Shown here one piece after another: positions 11,901 to 25,300 of a stretch of 64,000 nt of DNA (the stretch's first letter is position 1; every line of letters starts with the position of its first letter). The DNA comes from Lytechinus pictus (taxonomy: Eukaryota): positions 29,018,001 to 29,082,000 of the forward strand of contig NC_087245.1 in the NCBI RefSeq assembly GCF_037042905.1, given 5' to 3'. The notes below the pieces were generated by a model. It did no database searches. It had not been told where the DNA came from and saw only the letters and a list, made by a program, of their open reading frames with translations. The position numbers and the translations under genes were made by a program.

Positions 11901-14900
11901 GAAGTCGTGTCGGATGTAACGTCGATACTAAGGCCGCGATCATCATTTTCCCCCATATTTCAAATACCTTTCCCCTTTCTCTTTCGAAAACTGGCAATGG
12001 GGAAACACTGACACCATAATTTGTTTTGTGGGACGCCAAAGTGTTACTGTCATGCAGAGCTGTCTCACTAAGTCTCAGGTCTCTATTATTTAGTGATCGA
12101 TGTGCAGGATTTTTCCTTCTCTATTTTAGACTGAAATAAATTTATGATTTTTATAAAGTTTTTTTTTTTTTTTTTTTTTTTTGGGGGGGGGCAGGGGGTC
12201 ATTTTCACGTGAAAAATATGGCGAAAGCTGAGTCATTTGATCTGCTACTATATAACTTCTAGTTTTGTATCTAAATGAAACATGAATTAGGAAGCACAGC
12301 GATGGAACGATCAGTCCATATCCCAACAAAAAGTTTATTTGATTAAAAAGGAAAATCCAACAAGCACTGGAAATTTCATCAAAATCGGATGTAAAAAAAG
12401 AAAGTTGGGACATTTTTTATGATCAAATTTCACAGACCAGTTATATGCACATCCTGGTCTGTATGACTGCATGATGACGTCACACACTTAATTGTTTCTT
12501 TGTCAAATATAAATAAATATTCTAATTTTCTCCTAATTGTATGTGACATTTTCATTAATATATTATCGCTGTGGATTATATTTCTATGGTTCAGTCAAGT
12601 AATTGGTCCTTATTATTTTGAAATCTCTAAAAATTGAAATATAATTCAAACAATAAAAAAAATAAAATAAAAAGTGATCGATCGGACATCATCAACTCTC
12701 ATTTTCATATGATTGAGTTGTGCATAACTATTCTGTGAAAAATGTGCGCTATGCGAAATTTTGAAATGTCTTAATTTTCTCATATTTTACATCCGATTTT
12801 GTTGAAATCTTCAAAATTATGCTTGTTGGATATTTCTATTGATTCAAATTAACATTCTTTTCTGGGGTGGACTTGACCTTTAAACATTGAACTATGGTCG
12901 AGGTGCAGCGGCGTACCCAGGATTTTCCAAAAGGGGAGCAATTTTTTTGGAGGATATTTCGTGCGCGAAAAGAATTGACAAGCAAAAAAAGGAAAGGTCT
13001 TCAACCACAAATAAAGGATTTCGTACCACAAAAAAATTGACAAGCCAAAAAAAAGAAAAATAAGGTCTTTAAGTTCAAAAGAGGATCCACACGTCTGTTT
13101 TCATTGCATTTTTACATTCCAAATTATTAATTTTGCTTCTCAAAAGGGGGGCATGTCCCCTGGATCAGTTATGACTAGTCAGGGGGGCACCTGTCCCCTG
13201 GATCAGTAATGTTGTGACTCGTCAGGGGGGGGGCATATCCCCTGGATCAGTTGTGACTCATCAGGGGGCAGTCTGCCCCCTTAGGTATACGCTAGTGGCG
13301 AGGTGCAAAAAAAAAGGGACAATGATTTACAAGTCATTATATAAGCACTGATTTTCAAGTCATAAGCACAAGGAGGTGAAATTGAGAACGGTGCGAAGAG
13401 AAAAAATGCAATGAAAGAAAGAAATTAGTATAAAGAAAGAAAAAAATGGAGAAGGGATGGGGGCTGCATGGGATTGCGTCGTTGGGAATTTCTTTAGTCT
13501 GACAAACTTTATTGCATTTTTTTTCGTTTCTAACTTGACAAACAAGCCATGTACACGCCCCTCATTATAAAAGGGAGAAATATCCGGATATTGTCAATCG
13601 GACTGTTATGAGAGAAAAGCAAAAAAAAATGTTGTGATATCGGCATCATAATTGATAGTGCATTGAAATAATGTTATTTCTTCATTAAAAAAATAACACA
13701 CTTTCTTGTGAATAGGAACATGGCTTACCGCTCCCCCAACCTCACCTTCGCAGAGGGTGGACAAAATTATACTGAGCAAGTAGTTGACCTTCCTGTAAAA
13801 TATCCTATATCCTATATTAAACGTGTAATTTTTGTTTGTCAACGAAACATAGCACGAATCTCTTGTAATGAAAAAATATCTGAGCTGACTTTATAATTTT
13901 ATAAATTACAACATATCTTATTAATTGAGAAAGAGCAGAGGTCAAAAATACAGTATATAATTGAGGGATCCAGGATGGGGGCACCCCAGGAATATTTTGA
14001 CATTTGCTCATGGACTTACATTTTTTATTTATTTACTTTAATGCATTTTTTAATCTATTAATTAATTCATTCATTTATCATGTATTCTGTTTCATTTACC
14101 CAAGGTAAGAGAGTCTTGCACAAGAGAGCTAAATGTTCGAAAATGGCCATTATGGGCCCGTCTGTTTGCTATTTCCACCACTTTTTATTTATTTCTTCAC
14201 AACGTTAATTTTGTATAAGAATCTTCTACTATAATTGGCGTGCTTGCCTGACACACTTTCATTCCAATTTGATATTGACCGAACATTGCCATAAACATTA
14301 CTGATAAATCGTTCTTGTACCATGATTGTTAAGAAAAAAAAGAAGATGTTCACCTATACCCTGGAAAAATGGCATTTAATGCATGCTCAGTTTCAAGTTT
14401 CCAATTTGCACCTTTCTAATGAGTCTAAGTAGAAACACAAGTAAAGAACTATATAGCTCTTGAGGCCTATTCAGAAATAATATGTTGGATACAGGGGCAG
14501 CCTTCGCTGATGGGGGGGGGGGGCGAATTTTGTCAGCCCAAAATTTTCCCTGATCGGCCTCTCGAAGTTGATTTGTTTATGTTTATTTGAAGGGGTAGTC
14601 CTAACAGTGCATCTCTTAGCTTTATTTTAATAAATCATCATAAACATAATCTCATAAGCCTTAGTTCGTGCGCAAAGTGCGAACTAATTTTTTTTATAAA
14701 TGTATTTTGTCCTAAAACTTGAACATTCTGGGCAATGTTTGTGAGCCTGAACGTCATGTAACTGATTAATATTACTGCGTATAGCGTGAACAGAAATTAT
14801 AATACGTTTTGATCTGATCGAAAAGGGACCACCTGTCAAGAACTATACTTGCAGTTGGCCATGAATGCGTTGCATATTTCAACAATCAAATAGTGCATGC

Positions 14901-16296
14901 GAGCGCGAGCTGATTTTTTTTTACATTTCTACCTAAAGAAGGGAAAATCTAAGCTCTTTTTGTCAATGTGAACATGATAGGTATATCACTGAACAATTGA
15001 TGCGTGAGAAAAGCGTGAGCGTAAAAAAATCGAGATTTAGCCTAAAACGGGACACATTTTTCATGTTTTGTAAATCATGAAAAGGATGAATAATTGGGAA
15101 TCTTTCTACATGAATAATGCGAGCGCGCCAAATGCGAGCAGAAAACTTTTGGAAATCTGAAATGAAAATAAGGGTCCATCTAAGCTCTGTGTTTCAAGTA
15201 CTTTGGTGGAAAATTGCTAGGTGGATATTGATCGCACTTAATAACAAGTGGAATGCCTCTGGCCGTCTCACCTGCATCACGCGATTCAATATAGCAGCAG
15301 TGCTGATTTTGAAAACTACTATAACTCGCACAAGATGTTCAGTGATACTTGGTTACTCTTATTTCCACGTTTTATGAACTAGACCCATACACTTATAGAG
15401 ATATGATGGTAATTCAACAAATACCCCCAACGTGGCCAAAGTTCATTGACCTTACATGACCTTTGACCTTGATCATGTGACCTGAAACTCGCACAGGATG
15501 TTCAGTGATACTTGATTACTCTTATGTCCAAGTTTCAAGAGAAAGATCCATCAACTTTCCAAGTTATGATGGTAATTCAACAGATACCCCCATTATGGCC
15601 AAAGTTCATTGACCTTTGACCTTGGTCATGTGACCTAAAATGCGCAAAGGATCTTCAGTGATACTTCATTACTCTTATGTCCAAGTTTTATGAACTAGAC
15701 CAACACACTTTCAAAGTTATGGCGGTAATTCAACAAATACCCCAATTTGACCAAAGTTCATTGACCCTAAATGACCTTTGACCTTGATCATGTGACCTGA
15801 AACTTGCACAGGATGTTCAGTAATACTTGATTACTATTATGTCCGAGTTTCATGAATCAGATCCATAAACTTTTAAAGTTATGATGGTAAATCTACAGAT
15901 ACCCCCAATTCGGCCAAAGTTCATTGACCCTAAATGACCATTGACCTTGGTCATGTGACGTGAAACTCATGCAGGATGTTCAGTGATACTTGATTAACCT
16001 TATGTATAAGTTTCATGAACTAGGTCCATATATTTTCTAAGTTATGATGACATTTCAAAAACTTAACCTTAGGTTAAGATTTTGATGTTGATTCCCCCAA
16101 CATGGTCTAAGTTCATTGACCCTAAATGACCATTGACCATGGTCATGTGACATGGAACTCAGGCAGGATGTTCAGTAATACTTGATTAACCTTATGGCCA
16201 AGTTTCATGAACTAGGTCCATATACTTTCTAAGTTATGCTGTCATTTCAAAAACTTAACCTCAGGTTAAGATTTGGTGTTGACGCCGCCGCCGCCG

Positions 16297-16333
<37 letters not shown>

Positions 16334-19300
16334 CGGAAAAGCGGCGCCTATAGTCTCACTCTGCTATGCAGGTGAGACAAAAAGCTGATATTTTGTTTTA
16401 TTTTCAAAGTCGTCCACTCATCTCATTTTATTCTTTCGCCTCCTCCTTTTATTTCTTTTTCTTCTCTCTTTTCCCCCTTATTTTTCAATTTTCTTTCTTT
16501 CAACCTTTTTCTTCAGTTTTTTTTGCTCCGCCAAGGGGGGCGGGCACCTCGCCCCCCTTCCTGGATCCGCCTTTGTAAATATTCAAAGTAAAAATGTTCT
16601 GTAATGAAGACAGGATCATTCAGAATTGTGCTAAAAGATGTACATGCATAGGCAAGGCATGCAGATCCATGGGGTCGAAGCGGCCGCTGGCAACCCCCTA
16701 CCTCTGTTGGCGGCGGAAAAGGAGGTAAAAGAGAAAAGAACGAGGAATGAAAAGAGGAGTAAGGGAAGAAAATGATACAAGAAGGAAGAAAGTGTAATAA
16801 AACTGGGGAGGGGATGATAAGAAAATAAAGAAGGAAATCAGGCCATAATGTTAAAAAAAAAAACGTTTAAAAACGTTGCTTACACTTCGCGCTCGCATTG
16901 AGTTGAGCGGGATAATAATATGTTCAACATGTTCAAGAGGATATCAACTGCCCTAAAATATTAATTTTCAAGTCTAGTCAATATGCACAAATTATTCTCG
17001 CCACTCGAATATTAATTATCTTCTTTTTATTCAGCGATACACATTCTCTTCATGATTACAAGAAAAGTTCTAAATTCATATTGCAAAAATATTAGCTCGC
17101 GCTTTGCGTTCACAAATTTAGTAAGTAAGTGGTTGAAGGTAGCTGAAGGTTAAAAAGTAATCTGAAAAATAACAATATTGCACTAACTTTTTTTAAGAGA
17201 ATGAAATTAAGCAAGCGAGGCGAGAATGCCGATGGTACTGAATAAAAATATAGCACCGCAGAATAGAAAAAAGGAGCTCGAGTTAGAATCTGTTATAACA
17301 ACGACAATATATACAAAACATACACAACACGATATATTTAAATTTCATTTTTCATAATAACATATTTTATGAATTTCCATATACATCTGTTCACACTAAA
17401 ATTACACTACTGTACGAAAAAAAACAGCACCTAGAACAAACTATGAATAACCCATTTTTCCCCCTTTCAAATAAATTGAGATCCATTTACGCACATGCAC
17501 ACGCCTTACTCCCCCTTTCCCCATTTTCTTTCTCCTGCTCCTTCAATACCCTCCAGGAATTGCTCAGGGTTCGGGGAAGGGGGGGGGGGTGTCGATCTCC
17601 CTTTGATCATCATACTTTTTAATGAATCATAATGGCAATCTAATGGTAGCATCTAAACTCGCTCGTCGCGCTTGCATAAACTTATGCCGTCCTTGTGAGC
17701 ATAGCTCACTCCCCCCCCCCTTCCTGGTGACTTGGAACCCCCTCCCCATTGAGGAGAAAAGAATGATAAAGAGATATGTATCACGTCAAAATCTATCACA
17801 AAGTTAGATTTTTGTATTGAAGGGTGATAAAAAAATTGCTCGCCTGCAGCTTTTCTAGTAATAATTTTATCCTTTATGCAATTCTGTCCCCCCTTGAAAT
17901 TTTAGACTGGTAGTGCTACTGACCACCCCCTCAAAAAAAGTAATGATAATAATAATAATAAATTACAAGTAAAAATAGGCCTAAATGTTACAAAAAAAAA
18001 CTTTCAGGGACCAAACTTAATTGTGTCAGTTATCCAATCTCCTCCAACCCCGTAAAAACCGACACTGCATGGACACCCATGTTATTTTACATACACCGCG
18101 ATGAAAGCGAAAATTGGGGGGGGGGGGCGTGCCCCAAAATTCTTTGGCTAGAATTTAACATTATCTAGGCTTGTATGGTATCTCCGCGAAACCTCTTCGA
18201 AATTCAGCAGGGTTTTACGATTGTTTTTACATTAAAAATTAGCAAGCTGATTTAGACTTCGTGGCACATACATGTACGGCATCACATTTTTTCCTCCCGT
18301 TCGTTTTTTTTTTGTAATCCTCGATCGTCAACCTGGACGTGTTCTTATATACCTAATTCCACTTTTCCTTAATCCCTTCTCTTCCCTTTTTTAAATTCAG
18401 CTTTATCGCTATCTCATAGGCGGATCCAGGGGGCGAAGTTCCCGGGTCCCCGTAGTGGCGGAGCAAAAAAAAAAGAAAAGTAAAAAAAAAAGGAAAAGGG
18501 AAAAGAGAGGAGAAAAGGGGGAAGAAGACAAGTGAATAAAACAAGGCGAGCTGTCATTATTATTTGATTTATAAATTGATTTTTATTATGTGCAGCCATA
18601 GTCCGTTTTATGGTCTAAGTATCAATGCAGCTCCCGCTACGCGCTCGCATTATTTGTCAAGTACCCTAGTCTTCGTATACTAAATTCTCAAAAATATTCA
18701 TATTCAGGTCTGATTGTCAAAACCTATCACATGATTGTCAAAAGACAATTAAAAAAAAAATCGGTTCGTGATTTGCGCTCGCATTAATTGTTAAAGATTA
18801 TATCAACCAATGTCTTCTATTCATAAATACAATGCTTACAATATCCAGTTGTCAGAACTTGATATTAACAAATTTCTCGCTTTCATCGGGCTTATTAGTT
18901 ATTAGAGTAACAAATAAGATAAGAACATTTTCATGAATTGCTAATAACTATATTGTATTTTTTTCAGAATAGAATGTCGACAAGTTTCATCTCGCGCTTT
19001 AATAGGTAGATAATTACCATTTTCATTCTGATGACAAAATGTCCTTAGAATATCCCCGCCCTAGGTCAAAATAATTTTACAAAAATATCAGCTCGCGCTC
19101 ACAGGCTCGAATCATTTTATTAAATGCAATCCACATCCAATTTTCATTTTTAGTGATTGAAATAGTGCTTATATTAATTGAGATTATAATATAAACAATA
19201 TTCTGCTCGCACTTCGCACTCGCATTATAAATGTGAAAGATGCCTAATTACCCATCTTCACGAATTACAAAACATGAATAGTGTCCAGTCCCGTTTTTAG

Positions 19301-22300
19301 CTCTAAATCTCAAAATTTTCCCCATTTCGCTTCGCGCTCGTATTTTTTTAGTGTTTAGTAGTTCAGGATTACAAAAATTGCTTAGAATAACAATTTTCTT
19401 GGTTGGAATTTCAAAAGCTCAGCTCGCACTTCGTGCTCACATTATTCGATTGTTGAAATAGGCCAACAAGAATGTATCGTCTTCATGGAAACTACAAGCA
19501 GGTCCCTTGTTTATCAGGCCAGGGGCCCGTTGCAGAAAGAGTTGCAATCAATCGCAACTCTAAAAATCATGCGCAAGTCCCAAATGCGCGTTGTTGATTG
19601 GTCGAAAATCAAATTGCGCGTGATTTTTTTTGAGTTGCGATTGATTGCAACTCTTTCTGCAACGGGCCCCAGAACAGTGGCTTACCTAGGATTTTCCAAG
19701 GGGGGGGGGGCAAATTCGTCCGCCCAAAAATTTGACAAGCAAAAAAAAGGAGTTCAAACACAAATAAAGGAATTTGTACCAGAAAAAAAAATTGACAAGC
19801 ATAAAAGAAAGAAGAAAAAAAAGGTCTTCACGTTCACAGGAACAGGCCACTTGCGGGGGGGGGGGGGGGAGGATACGTTCCTTGCATGGGTTGTGACTCG
19901 TCAGGGGGGGGGGCAGTCTGCCCCCCTCTGGCCTCTGCCCCGGCCCCCCGTAGGTATACGCTAATGGGCCAAACATATATTTAAACAATTATACTCGCGC
20001 TTCGCATTTGCAGTCGCAATTAGATATACGAATCTTGCCCAGGATCAAAACATTACTCTTTTTCTTTATCTTTCCCTCTCTTTCTTTTATCCCTTTTCCC
20101 CATTTCCAAATTTCCCTTCCCCAATAATGCATGCGCTGAAATATGACATGAAAGACATGAACACAATCGTTGTACACGCAAAAAATGTGTATGATGGGAA
20201 TGTCAGGAGGCCGAGCTGAGCGAGCGTGGCCACTGTCCATCGCATGCAGTAGTTGTATACCGTAATTTCAATCAATCCTCTCCATAGTTCAACCCGAACT
20301 AATCTTGTCGCACGTGGAAATTTGTAGCCAAAATTTTGACAAAAACATATCTCCAGTACGCTTTCGTGAACCTAAAAAAAAAACTAGAGTAACATGTGAA
20401 CTACAGGTTAGAGGGACAGCATAAGGGTAAGTCAGTCCCCATGTTTTTTTTTATTCTCTAACCAATCTAACGCAACGTTGTGGTCGCCTGCGCTCCTCGC
20501 AGAACTCGCCGGGGGAGAAACTCGACGGAAGTCATGCTATAACAATGACCGACGAGCATATACGGCATTAGCAGACTACGCTCGCAGGGATATTTCGGTT
20601 TGCTAAAAGTGGAACGGAATAGCGATCGACGAACAGGGGAAAAAAATCAGTCGTGGACGAAAGTGGGCGCTATATCGGTGCGCATAAATTCAGCTAATTG
20701 TCAGTGAATTCAGCCGAGGAAATTGATTTTATTTCTCAGAGTTTATTTAAAATTTTGATATTTCCAAGATTAAATTTTGTCAATTTCACATTGATTTATT
20801 ATCAGCAATTGTTATTCAACAAAAAAGATTCATTCAACTGGAATTTTTGTATCCTTTACCAACACTATCCACGAGCTTTAAGCAATATTAATGAAAAGAT
20901 TTTCAAAGTCCAAAAAATGACCAGTTTTAGAACTAAATCTCCTTATATTTAACTTTCACGTGATAATGAAATACCTAACCTTCCAAGAACTAACTAGAAT
21001 TTTAAGAAAAATATACACAGATACTTTGTTCAAATCAAAATACACAAAACAATAATTCAATTTATTATCATTATCAACTCAAAAAAACATTCCTTGCATC
21101 AATCAATAAACTTGATAACCCAAATCTGCAGGTTTATCTTTTGTTCCCATACAAGCCATTCGTGACTTACTTTTCCAAATAAACAATTCTTATAAAAAGA
21201 GGAAGGTACATCAATTCTATCCCCCTAAAACCCCCTTCTCCTCCGCTCAACCACATTACAGCTACCCCTTCCCTTTAACCCACACACCTACCAAACACAC
21301 CACACTTAAACTTACCCTTGCTTTGAGGCTTGTGATCTTTTGTTTCCCATCGCCGATTCCAAGATCAAGAGGGTTGCTGTATCTGTAACACATCACCAAA
21401 ATATAATCAAAATATCATGTTTGCATCTTGATTGCATAATAACTTTAAGGGATTCACCTCCCCCCGCCCCCCTTCCATCATCCTTCTACTGCTAGGTATA
21501 AGTCATTTCCTAATTACGATTTGCACATGAGGATGTGAGAAAAAGTGCATTTTGAATCACTGATATTTTATGAGCATGATTATTAATATCATTTAATCCT
21601 ATATGGCCCGGGGCTATTTCAAAATTGCATAGCCCAGGTGGGACGGTGGTTTTTTTGCCCCCCCCCCCAGATTTCAGCGTAACCTATAATCTAGGCAGAG
21701 GCTGCAGTTATTGTTTTTGCTGTTATACTGAACGCAAGCGATACATCTGATGTGGCAAAGACTACAAATTGTGGATTGTGGATGCGAAGCATCCATCGCC
21801 TATAGGCTCCCGTCTTGCTTTGGATGTTTTTTATTATCGACAATGAAATGACGCCAGTTTTCGTACGATAAATTCTCATGCATATGTACATGTATGAAGA
21901 AGAAATAAATCGGACCAATCAGAAATATGTTGGAAATAAGAAGGCAATAAGTCATGTGCCATGACGTCACTATCTTTATCCAAAATGGCGAGTACAAGTA
22001 CACGCGAGAAACTTCTGTGAGAAAGTTTGTTTGGATTATGCTGCCGATAAACTTGACATTTTTAGTGGAAAATTCAGAGACCTTCAAGAATCTGCCATTC
22101 GTAGGATTAGTGACGGCGGGAGGGAAATATTTCTTGCTTTACCAACAGGATATGGAAAAAGCACAAAGTACAATCCACCAGGCAATCCCCTGAGTTACGA
22201 TTATCTTGGTGATCACGGCTTTTATGATGGAGGTGTCTTAAGTCGTTGAATAAACATGAATATTGATTAGGCAGACGGGAGTCTATAGGCGGTGGATGCT

Positions 22301-25300
22301 TCACATCCACAATTCAGTCTATGCCGCATCAGACGTATTGCTTGCATTCAGCATAACAGCAAAGACAATAACTGCAGCCTCGCCCTAGATTATAGGCTAA
22401 TCTCAGCATTGATTGCGACAAAAATTGGTATGCACATCAATCATGACATAATCTCCCACGTTAGATAGTTAATTGCATAATAGTTGTTCGAATCTATTGT
22501 TATTTGATTATGCTTATAAATGCATGAAATAATGATGTAGCCTCACCAAAGTGGGGGGGGGGGCAAATGCAATGTTGGGATATGAACCCCGAAACTTGTG
22601 GTTCAGAGTCCGGAAACTTATTCACTGAGCCACAACACCTCCACAGTGAGATTCCTGCCAGATGACGTGGCACCAATTATTGACAAATTGCCTTACCTGG
22701 CATCAACATTCCGGAAGAAACTGCTGAGGGATTCATCAAAGATGCCCTTCTTGTTGTAGGTAGCATGTTCCCTGAGAGCAAGATCCCAGAAACGACATCC
22801 AATCTACACAAAACAAAATAGAAAAACCTTAACCTTGGTTAAGATTTCAATGTTGACAATGCCGCCACCGTCGCCGTCGGAAAAGCAGCGCCTTTAGTCT
22901 TGCTCTGCGATGCAAGCGAGACAACAATGTAATTTTCCTCGTTGAATAACTAGTGGAATGCCTATGTTAGTCTCGCCTGCACTAAGCAATCCAATATAGC
23001 AATAGTGCTGACTTTGAAAACAACTCCATGTAAAGAGAGAGAAAAACACATTCCTTCGATAATAAAATCTTAAGTTCGTTGATCTTGACTTGAGAAACTT
23101 ATTTTACAATACCTATTATTTGTGATATCCAATAACTATCTGTCTTTTACTTAAAGGGGAATCTAGCCCTGTTCATAAAATGTTGTTTTAGAAAGGAGAA
23201 AAAAAATAATAAAACAGAATGGTGAAAGTTTGAAAGAAATCGGACAAGCAATAAGAAAGTTATGGCTGAGCAATTTACAATTGAGATCCCTAAGATTATG
23301 TAGATTTCAAATTGGCAACTGATTAAGAAAAATATGACAAGGGGCAAGGACAACTTTCCCATACAACATGTACTTAAAGGAAAAGTCCACCCCAACAAAA
23401 AGTTGAGTTGAAAAAAAGGAGAAAAATCCAACAAGCAAAACACTGAAAATTTCATCAAAATCGGATGTAAAATAAGAAAGTTATGACATTTTAAAGTTTT
23501 GCATAATTTCACAAAACAGTTATATGCACATCCTGGTCGGTATGTAAATTGGCAGACTGATGACGTCACCCACTCACTATTTCTTTTGTATTCTATAATA
23601 TGAAATATGAAATATTCTAACTTTTGCCTCCTTGTCAAGTGAAACAAAGTTTTATTTCTCCCTTAAAATGTGGAATTACCATTATTTAACAGTTTATGGT
23701 TAAGTTAATTTGGTCCTTATTGTCAAATCTGTAAAAATTGAAATATTGTATTATTGGAACAATAAAAAACAAAAGAAATAGTGAGTGATGGACATCATCG
23801 ACTCTCTCATTTGCATGTCGCTGAGTTGCGAATTGAACTGTTTTGTGAAAAATAAGCGAAACTTTAAAATGTCATAACTTTCTTATTTTACATCCGATTT
23901 CGATGAAATTTGCAGCGTTATGTTTGTTTGATTTTTCTCTATCGATTCAAATCAACAATTTTCTGGGGTGGACTTGACCTTTAATTATCAGGGATTTGTG
24001 GTTTTCTCCCAAGTAACCATTCCCCTGGGGCAGTAATGTAACTATAACCCAGGTTGTATCCGGGGGGGGGGGGGTGCACTCACATATATTGGTGGTACGA
24101 GGACGTGCCCCTTTGATAACCCCCTTTTTCAGACCTAATTTTCAGTTCTCTAGATACTCTGAATGACAAAAGTTCAGTTCAGAAGCCGCCCAGCCCCGCT
24201 CGCAAGACCCCCGTTACGAGACATCTCAGTTCCCCAGCCCTGCCAAAAATTGTCAAGCGTGAGCACCGCATGGGAGAGATGCACGTACGGCTTCGCCACT
24301 CCCTCCATTTCACTATACTAGCCGCTCCATGCATGGCTAGCACATGCACAACGCTTGCGTGCACTGTACCTAAAGTGCCGCGATCCCGTTCCGTAGACCC
24401 TGTTTATCACACCGCTCGGTAAATATTTAGTTCCCAAGACCCCGTAATTTACACTTGTAGTCAGTTCCTTAGACCCCCATTTCAGAGTTTTGTGAGGCAC
24501 ACCCCGAACAATTAAAAAAATTTGAGTGCCCCCCCCCCCCCGGTTCTATATTGTTTATGTCCTCATTGGAAGAAAAAAATAATTTGAAGTAAAACTTTTG
24601 GAAAAATTACATTTTAGCCATTACCATTATGACATCACATAGGCGGCCAATTTGAAGTTTCCATGGGTATTGTGATTACCAATATTTACAACTTTTAAAA
24701 AAATTTAAAAACTTTCTTATTTGTCCAATATTGTTCAAACTTTCACCTACCAACTTGTCTGATTTTTCTTTTTCCTCTTGAATGAAACAAGTTTTTAATT
24801 GGGTTGGATTCCCCTTTAATGTGATTAAATATTTTCCTTATATGAACAAGAATAATCTTATCCAAGTTAATTGATCTGAAATTACATAACTAGTTACCTG
24901 AGATTATAATCATTTAAATTATGATACCTATTAACCTTTAATCCAAATACTATAACTGATAATTTCAAAATTATCTTCATGATTTAAAACTTTATAACGT
25001 TTTTTTTTTCTCCAAAGTTTACATCAATTTATTGACTCCTAAATGACCTTTGACATTCTCTTAGTGACCTGGAACTATATCCATCCAATTTCTGACACTT
25101 GATAACCAGTAGGCCTATATATATAAAGATTATATCAAAATTATGTCTAAAATTAAAAGTATTAACCTTGGTTCAGTTTTTGTATTGACAGGTTAATATG
25201 GTCAAAGTTCATTGACCCTAAGTGACCTTGACAAGGTGTACAAGGGGATCAGTGATACTTTATACCCTTACAGGTGTGTCCAAGATTCATGAACTAGGTC

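Larger units (their letters stand above)
23155..24815. mobile_element. TTAA-flanked Kolobok-like MITE hosting two nested insertions
   Basis: TTAA|AGGGGAATCTAGCCC ... GGGTTGGATTCCCCT|TTAA. Confidence 0.8.

Noticed and set aside
15400..16260. CRISPR-like repeat array
   Set aside because: Whole ~160-bp units repeat without unique spacers, the context is eukaryotic, and there are no cas genes.
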